The notes under the pieces were generated by a model. It made no database searches and had not been told where the DNA came from. It saw only the letters and a program-made list of their open reading frames with translations. A program made the position numbers and the translations under genes. A stretch of DNA of 64,000 nt, from NCBI GenBank assembly GCA_037441675.1, contig JBBIRS010000004.1:112058-176057 (forward strand), in the 5' to 3' direction. Source of the DNA: Planctomycetales bacterium. Lineage in GTDB: Bacteria; 4484-113. Every line of letters begins with the position of its first letter. Position 1 is the stretch's first letter. This document shows, one piece after another, positions 19,740 through 29,733 of the stretch.

Positions 19740-20621
19740 ATGAATTCGCGTGCAATTATCAAGAAGAGATGGCAATTAACTCTTCTGCTAGTATTTGCCT
19801 TAGTTCTTCTACTATGGTTTGCTAGCAAATCCGAGCTAACTTATAAACCAATAAACCTGCCAGTTGCCATCCTCGTTGCCCTTGTTGGATGGCTCGTATG
19901 TTTTTTCGCTTGGCTTAAACTTGAAGATAAGAAGAATTATGCCAGGGAATGCTTTCTTATTATTCTCGGGGCATTTCTGCTCTTTGCACTCTTTCCATCC
20001 ATCTGGCAGTGGACTTCCCACTTGTCCCTTACAAAATGGCTTTTCAATGGAATTCCCGCTACAAGATTCATCTCTGAAATTCTCTACTACGTTGTTTCAA
20101 TTCTACTCGCCATTTTGGCAATGCGGATAGGTTATGGGGATGAATGGAAAGTAAAGTACTTTATCCGATTTGAAATGCATTTTAGAGACCTTCTAGTAAT
20201 TATTGGTCTTTTTTCGATAACAGTTTTTGCTCTTCTCCTCTGGTTTGCCTACTTCGCAACGGGTAAGGAGGAGTGGAGTGCTTTGGGTTCAACCGCTGGT
20301 TGGGCTATCGTATTTGGCATACTATCGTCTCTTCTAAATGCTACCGCTGAAGAATTTTGGTTCAGAGGCTTTTTCTTGTCGGGCTTTACGCGTTTGGGCT
20401 CCCCACCCTTCGCACTAACACTACAGGCACTTTTGTTTGGTTTCATCCACTTAAAGGACGGCATACCTCAAGGTGCAACTGGCTTCATTCTAACTGATCT
20501 CTGGGGTTTTGCGCTTGGTTATTGGACTATCATAAGAGTTAGCCTTTGGGCGCCACTTATTCTTCACTTCTTAACTGATCTTTTTATCTTCTTTTCGGTG
20601 AATAAAGATATCTTTCACTAA
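19740..20621 (+). CDS. CPBP (CAAX/Abi) family intramembrane metalloprotease
   Basis: EEFWFRG, FGFIH and LHFLTD motifs in a multi-TM protein. Confidence 0.88.
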   Translation: MNSRAIIKKRWQLTLLLVFALVLLLWFASKSELTYKPINLPVAILVALVGWLVCFFAWLKLEDKKNYARECFLIILGAFLLFALFPSIWQWTSHLSLTKWLFNGIPATRFISEILYYVVSILLAILAMRIGYGDEWKVKYFIRFEMHFRDLLVIIGLFSITVFALLLWFAYFATGKEEWSALGSTAGWAIVFGILSSLLNATAEEFWFRGFFLSGFTRLGSPPFALTLQALLFGFIHLKDGIPQGATGFILTDLWGFALGYWTIIRVSLWAPLILHFLTDLFIFFSVNKDIFH

Positions 20622-20722
20622 ATTCTTTCTTACTACCATAGAAGATGCAAGAGAAAACCAAATTGCAATTTTTTTCTCGTAAAAAAGCTTAAGTCTAAAT
20701 TTGTAATCCGAAGCTTTGTTGC

Positions 20723-21658
20723 TTAACTCTTCCGAGAAACGATGAAAGCGAATGCAGTTTTATCGTCAAATCGGAAAGAAAAGAGAGTATTCTCCCTAGG
20801 CTTTTCAGCCAGAGCCTGCATGAGATGCTCTTGCATTGCGTACTCACGTAAGATAAAAACCCAGTATTCCATATGTTCGCAGAACTCAAGATAGGAAAAG
20901 AGAGTGCCTAAGAGTGCCTGAATAGATTCAAATCGTGAGCCAAGATAAGTTTCAGGTTGAAATACGCTTGAGAGCTTGAAATCGGGATTAACCACCAATT
21001 CTCTTGTCAACAGGCTTGGTGGAAGTTTGCGATAGCCGGTATGTGGTGGTAAATCTACTATGAGAACCCTTGTGGAAATAGACATAATCTCCTCATGGGC
21101 AAGGCGAAAATGGGCTTCATTCACCTCGCGATTAGTTCGGAAAAGCCTCTTTACCTCAGAAGCGTAAAAACTTACAAGCCAGGAAAGCTTTGGAGAGTTT
21201 TTCAATCGCTCAGAGCTATCAATTGAACTGTAAAATCGCGCCAAATGCCAAAGAAGCAAGTTCAAACAAGCTTTATGGTAAACAGTTTCACCCGAGAGTT
21301 TAATCTTCTTGCTTTCTTCTATGAAGGACCAAACGGGTTTGGGAAGTTGTAGTGAAGCCCGAGAGGAAAATTCAACTCGCTCAGGCTCAAAGTCCAAATC
21401 CTGGGCTATCTGGATGAGGCGCCGCATATCTATTGCTGAGAGGAGGAAATCATCACCCTCAATTAGACAAAGGTTCATTTCATAAGCTCCAGGAAAGAAG
21501 GAGTTAGCAACAACCCTTGCCCTAATATTCTTTTTAATGAATGATTCAAAATTTCCTGAAACAGTGTTAAGACAAAAAACCGAAGAGTATTTATCGAGTC
21601 TTAGTGCCTCGGTAATAAAATGAGGGTAAAGAGCAAACGCTGGAAGCTTTCTAATCAC
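20723..21658 (-). CDS. Degenerate D12-class (Dam/FokI/NlaIII-like) adenine methyltransferase homologue, probably inactive
   Basis: SSVFCLNTVSG..RVVANS...LCLIE and NEAHF...VLIVDLPPH correspond by eye to FxGxG..VxxND and LVYLDPPY; GTGA overlap with the upstream HD-GYP gene. Confidence 0.5.
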   Translation of the reverse strand: MIRKLPAFALYPHFITEALRLDKYSSVFCLNTVSGNFESFIKKNIRARVVANSFFPGAYEMNLCLIEGDDFLLSAIDMRRLIQIAQDLDFEPERVEFSSRASLQLPKPVWSFIEESKKIKLSGETVYHKACLNLLLWHLARFYSSIDSSERLKNSPKLSWLVSFYASEVKRLFRTNREVNEAHFRLAHEEIMSISTRVLIVDLPPHTGYRKLPPSLLTRELVVNPDFKLSSVFQPETYLGSRFESIQALLGTLFSYLEFCEHMEYWVFILREYAMQEHLMQALAEKPRENTLFSFRFDDKTAFAFIVSRKS

Positions 21659-22911
21659 GCTTCTCGCTCCAGAGATTCCAGGTCAAAGTCATACTGATAT
21701 CTAGCAATCCCGGTATCAAATTGGCGACCGTACGAATCCGCGAACTTTTGGCGAGCCCTTGCACTTCTCTGAATTGTTATCTGAGGAAGATATGCAAGAA
21801 AATCCGCCACGTCCGCTAAGTATAATATTCTTGACAAAGCAGGAATTTGATTACCTCTTAGCCCATCAGGGTAGCCGGTTCCATCCCACTTCTCATGGTG
21901 ATGCCTTACCGCTAGAGTGACCTCAGTAAACCCCGAAAGCGGTGAAAGTATCTCTGCGGAATAAACGGGATGCTTTTTTACAATCTCAAACTCTTGCTCA
22001 CTAAGAGAGCCTGGCTTTTCCAAAATGGAGTTTGGTATACCCATTTTCCCTATATCATGAAAGTAGCCAGCGAGTTCTAACGTTTCTAGTTCAAGTTGGG
22101 ATAGACCAATTCTCTGCCCAATTCTTCTTGCTAATCTGGATACCCTCTTTGCATGAGAGCCAGAGTCACTATGCTTTGCTTCAAGCAGAGTCATAAAAAA
22201 ATTTACCATATTAGTTATGTAGTCCTGTTTGAGGGCTTTTGAGACACGTTCATCCTCCTCCAAGATGTGAAGTATTTCAAGCTCATCTTCAGATATTGTT
22301 GCATCATCAAATGCACCCTTCTCACATAGCGAAATCGCAGGCTCGACAAGGTGAGGGTTGAACTGAATTCCTGAGAGCTTTCTAAGCTCTTCCCGCCACT
22401 CGGAAGGCCTAGAAAATAGACCCTGACGCCTAATATTGTCTAGCGCATCACATAGGCTTACGATATAGGCGGAAATGGCCACCTCATTTGCCATTAAGCC
22501 CTCCGGGTATCCCGTGCCATCCCAACGTTCATGATGCCAAAAAACAATTCTAGCCGCTTCCTCTAGAACCGGTATCTGCTCTACAATTTGTCTGCCAATC
22601 TTTGTATGAGTGCTCAGTAGCTGAAACTCGTCCTCATTGAGCTTGACCTTTCTGTGGAGTAGGCTGTCTGGGATACCAATCTCACCCACATCATGAAGAA
22701 GACCGCCAAAGTATATCTGGGCTAGTTCATAACTCTTTGTAATACCAATAGCCCTTGCTAATCGCAAACTCATAGCGCCGACGCGCTCAGAGTGGTTAAC
22801 ATCCTTGTTCTCCGCAAGGTTAACAACCTTGGAGACTGCGCTTGTAAGCTCTCTAAATAACTGCACACCACTCACATCTCCATAATTCGCTTGAAAAAAA
22901 ACCTCAAACAA
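21655..22911 (-). CDS. Tandem HD-GYP domain phosphodiesterase
   Basis: HSERV..LHDVGE..HHERWDGTGYP and HAKRV..FHDIGK..HHEKWDGTGYP. Confidence 0.92.
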   Translation of the reverse strand: MFEVFFQANYGDVSGVQLFRELTSAVSKVVNLAENKDVNHSERVGAMSLRLARAIGITKSYELAQIYFGGLLHDVGEIGIPDSLLHRKVKLNEDEFQLLSTHTKIGRQIVEQIPVLEEAARIVFWHHERWDGTGYPEGLMANEVAISAYIVSLCDALDNIRRQGLFSRPSEWREELRKLSGIQFNPHLVEPAISLCEKGAFDDATISEDELEILHILEEDERVSKALKQDYITNMVNFFMTLLEAKHSDSGSHAKRVSRLARRIGQRIGLSQLELETLELAGYFHDIGKMGIPNSILEKPGSLSEQEFEIVKKHPVYSAEILSPLSGFTEVTLAVRHHHEKWDGTGYPDGLRGNQIPALSRILYLADVADFLAYLPQITIQRSARARQKFADSYGRQFDTGIARYQYDFDLESLEREA

Positions 22912-24538
22912 TGTCCTCTACTACCTCCTTACCAGTGAGAGGTGGGAAACAGACACGATTTCTCCCCTCATTTTTGGCACAATATAGAGCTTTGTCCGCA
23001 GCTGCAATTAAACTCTCCTTATCAATAGCCATTTGGGGAAAAGCTGCTAATCCAACGCTAACAGTTAATGGAATTTTCTTGCCGCGATAAGTGAAATTAT
23101 GTTCTTCCACGAGAGAACGAACCTTTTCGCCTACTACCCTAACTACTTCTAAATCCGCCTGGGGGATTATCACCGCAAACTCCTCACCGCCATATCGGGC
23201 GATAATCTCAGTCACCCTCAAGCCCTCCTTTAGAACTCTGCATAACTCCGCAAGAATATGATCTCCCGCTTGATGACCAAGCGTATCATTAATCTCCTTG
23301 AAGTGGTCAAGGTCTATCAAAGCAAGCCCGATTGAGTAGTTGTAGCGCTTAGCTCGCGACATCTCACTTTCCATAAACGCCTCAAACTGTCTCCTGTTGT
23401 ATACGCCTGTTAAACTATCCGTGATTGCCATCTCTTGTAGTTTCTGCGTGAGGACGATATTACCTATAATTTGCTTTAAGTGACCACCAAAAGTAGCAAG
23501 AAACCTATAATCATCTTCGGTAAATTCCGGAGGATTAGCGCGATTCAAGAAAATTAGTCCATAGTTTTGGTTGTCAACATATAGGTCATACGTCATATAA
23601 GAGTGTACTGCGCAAATTTGAAGTAATGGATTCTGGATTTCAAAATCAAGCAATCTTTGCGCTCTGGTTTTTGCGGGTGAGGCATGAAATTTTGGATAAA
23701 AGCTTTCTATCAGTTCCATCGTCTCTCTATCTCTTCTAGTTAAATCCCAGGTGTATCCTTCATCTAGTATTTTCTTGAATTCCCCATAAACCTTCGGATC
23801 AAAGGAATTAACGAAAGTAGTAGATAAAATCTTTTCCAGCCTGTCAGGCTTTTCACCTCTTGTCTCCTCGCCCTTGAATTTGGTAAATATCACTCGGAAA
23901 AACTGGGAGTTGAAATAAGCAACACCATCATCTGCTTCAAGAATTACCATTAGTCTTGTCAACAAATTCTCAGGTAGAGTTGTGTCAACGAGGAAATCAT
24001 CTTTCGTTAAGGATGAAACGGACGCCAATAGGGATAGTTCCTGAACCTGCCTAAATACAATGTTTTCAACAAGATGAATATACTCTTGGAACATACGTAC
24101 TCTTACTTCCTCGCTCTTGAATCGTGCAAGGTATTCTTCCATTAGAAGAGATGAATTTTGCTCGGTTGTTCTTTTACGCCCGAACTCAGTCATTACGCTA
24201 AGAATGTCCTCTCCTAGGCGGAAAATTTCCTCAAACTCTAGTTGATAATGCAGACCCCGAGAACCAAGCCTTAGAAGCGTTGCCAGAAAAAAGGGAAACT
24301 CTCCCTCCATAATTGACTTAATTGCAGAGCTGATTAGGCCTCGGACAAGGCGCTTCCCTTCAGATTCGCCCACCGGCTCAACAACGTTTTCACAACGCTT
24401 ATAAACTTCATTTGTTAAATCACTAATGTGAGCCTTCAGATGAAGGCAGAGATTAAGCCTCTCCTCTAATTCCGCTACTACGGATTGACGACTATTCATA
24501 ACAGTATCTTTGTTGTCCGTAAAGACAACTTGCCACAC
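22904..24538 (-). CDS. Diguanylate cyclase with N-terminal helical (RsbRD-N/globin-like) and GAF-like domains
   Basis: AITDSLTGVYNRR, DLDHFK.IND..GH, RYGGEEF and ADKALY.AK..GRN motifs. Confidence 0.9.
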   Translation of the reverse strand: MWQVVFTDNKDTVMNSRQSVVAELEERLNLCLHLKAHISDLTNEVYKRCENVVEPVGESEGKRLVRGLISSAIKSIMEGEFPFFLATLLRLGSRGLHYQLEFEEIFRLGEDILSVMTEFGRKRTTEQNSSLLMEEYLARFKSEEVRVRMFQEYIHLVENIVFRQVQELSLLASVSSLTKDDFLVDTTLPENLLTRLMVILEADDGVAYFNSQFFRVIFTKFKGEETRGEKPDRLEKILSTTFVNSFDPKVYGEFKKILDEGYTWDLTRRDRETMELIESFYPKFHASPAKTRAQRLLDFEIQNPLLQICAVHSYMTYDLYVDNQNYGLIFLNRANPPEFTEDDYRFLATFGGHLKQIIGNIVLTQKLQEMAITDSLTGVYNRRQFEAFMESEMSRAKRYNYSIGLALIDLDHFKEINDTLGHQAGDHILAELCRVLKEGLRVTEIIARYGGEEFAVIIPQADLEVVRVVGEKVRSLVEEHNFTYRGKKIPLTVSVGLAAFPQMAIDKESLIAAADKALYCAKNEGRNRVCFPPLTGKEVVEDIV

Positions 24539-24544
24539 ACAAGA

Positions 24545-25387
24545 TTAAGTATTCTTCTCACGATCATACTCGTAACCCCATCCAAACTTTGCCCTCAAGA
24601 CTTCAAGAAACGTCGGCCCTCCGATCCGAGCTACTTTTAATGGCAAATCCCTTAACCTAACCCTCAGCTCGTCCCCGACCTTCATTTGCCCCAAGATGTA
24701 TCCATCCAAGGAAATATGAACCTCAGGATATTCTTCCGCTATTGTTAGCCTAACTTCTCTGTCACTTCCAATCACCATCGGCTTCGCGTAAAGAGAATGG
24801 GCGCATATCGGAGTAACAAGCAAGAGCTTCAAGCCCGGTTCAACTATGGGACCACCTGCGGATAAGGAGTATGCGGTTGAACCAGTCGCTGTCGCGACAA
24901 CCACGCCATCAGCCTTGAAAGTTCCTAATATTTCCTCATTGACCCAACAAGTGATGGAAACTAGCCTTGTAAGCTGACTTTTACCCACAACTGCGTCGTT
25001 AAGAGCCACATATCTCTCCGTTGTTCCGCTTCTAATTGAACGAACATCTAGGACATACCTTTCCTCTATGCTGTAATCCCCACTCTTAATCGCAGTTAGA
25101 ACATCCGTCAGACGCTCCACTGGAAGATTGCACAAGAAACCAAGGTGACCGAACTCTAGTCCAATAATGGGAATGTTGAGCTCCGCCGCCGCAACAGCAC
25201 CAGCTAAGAAAGTACCATCCCCCCCTAGAACGAGGACGAAATCCGCAACTGGATAGTGCCTATCCGACCTTGTATCCATCGTTAGAATTTCGTAGTCAAT
25301 TCCCAGCCCTTCAAACTCTGGCAAAACCTTCTTATCAAGAAACTCTTTCGTTACCGCTTGGGGATGAAGCTTTAAGAGTACCCTCAT
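24545..25387 (-). CDS. nadK: NAD(+) kinase
   Basis: GGDGT, GHLGFL, ALND, ADG, TATGSTAYSLSAGGP and PICAH motifs. Confidence 0.95.
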   Translation of the reverse strand: MRVLLKLHPQAVTKEFLDKKVLPEFEGLGIDYEILTMDTRSDRHYPVADFVLVLGGDGTFLAGAVAAAELNIPIIGLEFGHLGFLCNLPVERLTDVLTAIKSGDYSIEERYVLDVRSIRSGTTERYVALNDAVVGKSQLTRLVSITCWVNEEILGTFKADGVVVATATGSTAYSLSAGGPIVEPGLKLLLVTPICAHSLYAKPMVIGSDREVRLTIAEEYPEVHISLDGYILGQMKVGDELRVRLRDLPLKVARIGGPTFLEVLRAKFGWGYEYDREKNT

Positions 25388-25583
25388 AAAAGTTATTCAA
25401 TTTTATCACTTTGAAGCCTCTATTATTAAAAGGATTGTGGACAGTAATAGACCACGAATAGATGAGGAGATTCATGAGCGCCAAAATAAAGCTTATATCT
25501 TTTAGCCACTTCACCCTAATTTGCAACTATCTTCGTTCAGCTACCATTCCTGTTATTGGACTTAAGCATGGAAAAATATCGCA

Positions 25584-27620
25584 CTAATGCTTCCCGATAC
25601 TAGAAATGATTTTCTCAACTTGGTCAAACTTTCTCCCTGGCACCCTAACTTCACCCTCCCTCTGAGTAATTTTCAAACTATCTAAGAATTCTAAGAAAGG
25701 AATTAGGAACTTTCTAGTTACACCAAGAATTGATTTAGCTTCTTGAGTAGAGATTTGTTGCGTTTCTTGCATTCTGCTTACGACTTTCAAGCTCCAATCT
25801 TGAAAATCGATACCTGTAATAAGAACTCCCTTACCAAGATGAACAAGCTTACCATTAGAGATTAACCATGAAATTATGTTTCTTGCACCAGGAAAATCAG
25901 AGCTTAGAGCCAAGAGTGTTGGATAATTTTCAACGCCACTCTGAAACCTTGCCAGTATTCTTTCTCCCACCGCTCTGAGATCAGGAGGTAGCGCGCTATC
26001 TTCACTGATCACCACGTTCCCATCCTCAAACTTTAGTCCTAGCTCTAAGATTAATTTTGAGATATGCTCCTCAGAAAGCTTCTTCAATATGCACTCATCC
26101 TGTAAAATTGTGGAAAGAGGTACCTTAGCCTTGCTTAGATTAGTCTCTCTAAACTTTACTAAGTTGACTTTCAATCTATTAAGTTCCTCCTGAAGCTCCT
26201 TGCGAGAGAAAATAATTTCTCCATCCCGTCCGAATTCATTGTTATTAAGCTTCTCTGATAGTAAGTCAAAAGCGAGGGAAAAATCATTAAACTGCAACAA
26301 GGAAAAGCTAGTATAAAATGTTCTGCTCACATAACCCTTGAAAACAAGCTGACTGAGTAACGCTAAGATGGCAAGAGAAATTTCGGTAGGCGAATCTTTA
26401 GAGGCAGTTATGAGAAAAAGCCTCTTTAATTCATCAATCTTCGTTACCAGAGTTCTCTTTGTCTTTGGAGCTGGAATAGCAAGGGGAATGAGGAAACCGC
26501 CAACTATTACGCTTCTAACACTTGTTCTATATACAATAGCAGAGCAACCAATGGGAATAGGAATATCAACCTTTCCTCTGATAAATCCAAGATGAATCTG
26601 CGAGAAAAGATGAAATAATAAAATTTCATTAAACTCGCATAATCTGCTACCAAATATTAAATTGAACTTCTCTTTAGCCCTGGCAAGGGTTGTTGATAAC
26701 TGCACCTCTGGTTTAAGCGCATCAGGTGGTTCAACAAGTAGAATGAAAAAGGAACTAACAGGTTCATTAATCTGCTTAGTAAGTATCAAGTCACCCTGAG
26801 ATATTTCCTCTTTTTTTACGCCAACAAGATTGAACGCAGTCCTAAAGTTGTGTCTTGCTAAACTAACCTCAACCCCACCCTGCTCAATAGATCTAACCCT
26901 TACCTTTCTAGACTTTGGGTAAAGGTAAAGTTCATCGCCAATACTAACCTCTTGTCCACGAAGTGTGCCCGTAACAATAGCCCCACGACCTTTCGCGGTG
27001 AAAATCCTATCTACAAAGTAGTAACCCACGGAATAGGACGTGGAAGCCTCATCCGCCCTTATCGCCATTTGAAGAATTTCCTCTCTTAACTCCTGGAAAC
27101 CAACCATTGTTTCCGAAGAATATTGAACTATTCTTGAATTCTCCCAATAAGTACCCTTGGTGATACTCCTAATCTGACGTTTTACATCGTCCACTCTATC
27201 CATTGAGACTTTATCAATCTTTGAGATGACAATTAAGCCAAGCCTCGTCGGAGAGTAGAGACTTGCCCGTAAATGCTCCAATGTCCCTGGCATAATTCCA
27301 TCATCTGCAGAAACAACTAATATCGCTCCATCTATGCCTAGAACTCCTCTTAGCATTTTCCTAAGGAACATCTCATGACCGGGAACGTCTATGAATGATA
27401 TGCGATACTTTGTCGATTCACTAATCTTTCCCAAATCAATGAGTTGCGCTCTTAACTTAGGAAATTCATTTAGTTCTGGTTCCCAAAATGCAAATCCAAG
27501 CTGAATTGTTAGCCCACGCTCCTTTTCCTCGGGAAGGTGCATAGGATTTACTCCCGTGAGCCTTTCCAAAAGGGTACTCTTCCCGTGATCGGTGTGTCCT
27601 AAAACTCCAATAACAGCCAT
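25584..27620 (-). CDS. selB: Selenocysteine-specific translation elongation factor
   Basis: GHTDHGKS, EEKERGLTIQLGF, DVPGHE, DRIF..KGRG.IVTGT, and C-terminal winged helix TRKFLIPFLEFLD. Confidence 0.92.
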   Translation of the reverse strand: MAVIGVLGHTDHGKSTLLERLTGVNPMHLPEEKERGLTIQLGFAFWEPELNEFPKLRAQLIDLGKISESTKYRISFIDVPGHEMFLRKMLRGVLGIDGAILVVSADDGIMPGTLEHLRASLYSPTRLGLIVISKIDKVSMDRVDDVKRQIRSITKGTYWENSRIVQYSSETMVGFQELREEILQMAIRADEASTSYSVGYYFVDRIFTAKGRGAIVTGTLRGQEVSIGDELYLYPKSRKVRVRSIEQGGVEVSLARHNFRTAFNLVGVKKEEISQGDLILTKQINEPVSSFFILLVEPPDALKPEVQLSTTLARAKEKFNLIFGSRLCEFNEILLFHLFSQIHLGFIRGKVDIPIPIGCSAIVYRTSVRSVIVGGFLIPLAIPAPKTKRTLVTKIDELKRLFLITASKDSPTEISLAILALLSQLVFKGYVSRTFYTSFSLLQFNDFSLAFDLLSEKLNNNEFGRDGEIIFSRKELQEELNRLKVNLVKFRETNLSKAKVPLSTILQDECILKKLSEEHISKLILELGLKFEDGNVVISEDSALPPDLRAVGERILARFQSGVENYPTLLALSSDFPGARNIISWLISNGKLVHLGKGVLITGIDFQDWSLKVVSRMQETQQISTQEAKSILGVTRKFLIPFLEFLDSLKITQREGEVRVPGRKFDQVEKIISSIGKH

Positions 27621-27728
27621 ATAAATTATTTTAGACTAGAGTTAAAGCCTCTCTACTTTCACTGTCTATGATTTGCCTGAAAAAAAGTAGATTTTTCACC
27701 AAGTGCCAACTGATAGAATAAAAGTGAA

Positions 27729-28966
27729 GTGAAGATAAAGTCCGATCCAGAAAGTGAACTAGAAATTCTAATAAGGGCAAGGTATCCCATTATTTACGTG
27801 GAGAGCTATGAGGAAGCAAGAGTGGAGGAGGTGTTAAAGCGCATAGCTCAGAGGAGGGCGAAAAAGTTATACATTTAGACTTGCACTGATGGTCTGATCT
27901 TGCCTCAAGCTAAAGCGAGCGATCCCGAAACACTCACCCATTCAACCGTTGAGCCTGATAATGTTCTTTTAAGTATTCGTCTCAGCAAAGAAAACGCAAT
28001 TTACCTTCTGAAAGATTTTCATCCATATCTTGAAAACCCAAAAACTGTGAGAAAACTTAGAGATCTCGCTACTGAACTAAAGAGCAGTTATAAAACAGTG
28101 ATCCTATTATCGCCAGTAAGAAAAATACCGGTAGAGCTGGAGAAAGAAGTAGCCATTTTAACATTCCCCCTTCCAGCGGATTGAGCACGTTAAAAGAATG
28201 GCTGAGGAAGCGAGGTAAAGCGTTTTCAGAGAAGGCACGCGCCTTCGGGCTTCCCGCCCCGAAGGAAGTGCTTCTTATTGGAGTGCAGGGTTCTGGCAAG
28301 AGTTTGACTGCGAAGGTGGTTAGCAGTTTCAGGCAGATCCCTCTTTTACGACTGGACATTGGCGGTCTCTTTCGATCCGGGATTGGTATGAGCGAAGAAA
28401 ACACCAGAAAAGCTCTTCGTGCTGCAGAAACTATCGCACCTTGCATCCTTTGGCTCGACGAGATTGAAAAGGGTCTTGCTGGTTTTCAGAGTTCAAAAGT
28501 TTCTGACGCGGGAACTACCGCAAGAGTCTTCTCCACCATTGTTACTTGGCTTCAGGAAAAGGGAAAACCTGTCTTTGTCGTTGCCACAGCTAACGATATA
28601 TCTCAACTGCCACCTAAGTTGTTACGAATAGGTAGATTTGACGAGATTTTCTTTGTAGACCTTCCAACTGCGGAAGAAAGAAAGGAGATTTTTTCGATTC
28701 ACATAAGAAAGATAAGAAGAAATCCAGAAAATTATAACTTGGAAAAGCTAATTGAAATGAGCGATGAATTCTCTGGGGCAGAGATTGAACAGGTTATCGT
28801 AAGTGGATTGTATGACGCATTCTACGAGAATAGAGAATTAATTCAGGAAGACCTTGAGCGCGCAATTAAAGAAACGATGCCTCTATCTCAAGCTATGCGT
28901 GAGCAAATTCAGTCCCTACGGGAGGGGGCAAAGGGTAGAGCTAGATTTGCCAGTAAATTAACGTAA
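27729..28966 (+). pseudogene. Ycf46-like AAA+ ATPase pseudogene
   Basis: GTG 27729 frame ELEILIRARYPIIYV...KLYI-TAG(27876, Trp expected)-TCTDGL...FPLP, then an internal deletion/frameshift joining to (GG)[11 protein letters not shown]; Walker [20 protein letters not shown]. Confidence 0.85.
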
Positions 28967-29060
28967 AGAACTTCTATAAAGCCCACTTCTGAAAAATTTT
29001 ACGATTTTTGGAAAAATTTTTCTGTTAGTAAAGTTTTCATAAAGCTAGCAGGAGTCGGAA

Positions 29061-29677
29061 ATGAAAGGCGGTTATTCTGTTTTAGTGCTAGCAATTTTAG
29101 CTTTTTACTTCTCCTTTTGTATCCCGAGATCTACCGCGCAACTCGTGGAAAGGTTTTTAGTTGGGACAAGGTTGAATACGACCCAACTAACACGGTTGAA
29201 TAAAAGATAGTTTCAAGAGACACCGAAGTTACAGATGAAAGGCGCTCACTGCTTCTAACCGTATACTTACATCCAGATGCTACTTTGGAGCAATCAAGAA
29301 ACACACTCTTCAAGATTCTCCGAAAGGCAGTAACAGAAGATTCAAACTTTGACTCGGGAATGGTTAGAGCATTTCGTTATGGCGAAGCTGTAGAAGGTGG
29401 CTTTGTGCATACAATGGGGAAAGGTGTTTGGGGGGCCGGTGGAAGATTGGTTTTTCTCCAAAGCCTGAAAAACGAGCCTTACCAACTACACTTCTTTAGC
29501 CCCTTAGCCTACAGAGAGTTACAAAAAGAAGTGGAAAGACAGACAGAAATTCGCAAAGCTGAAGCACGTAGTAGTACCCCTGACGGTGACAAATGTTACA
29601 CGACTGCAAGAAGAGTCGGCAAAAACGGTGGTGGGAGAGCAAAGGACTACGGTCGGAGCTTTTACCTCAAAATTTAG
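29061..29677 (+). pseudogene. Degraded membrane-anchored hypothetical protein
   Basis: MKGGYSVLVLAILAF continues as LLLYPEIYRATRG after a T-run frameshift near 29103; in-frame TAA at 29201 precedes the 29285 ORF. Confidence 0.5.
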
Positions 29678-29733
29678 GAACATTAGTTCATGTCATCCTC
29701 TCTCTTTCACTCTAATCATACATTTTCCTATAC

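Noticed and set aside
25388..25583. tRNA-Sec (selC) next to selB
   Set aside because: No cloverleaf, T-loop or UCA anticodon arm is visible on either side of selB
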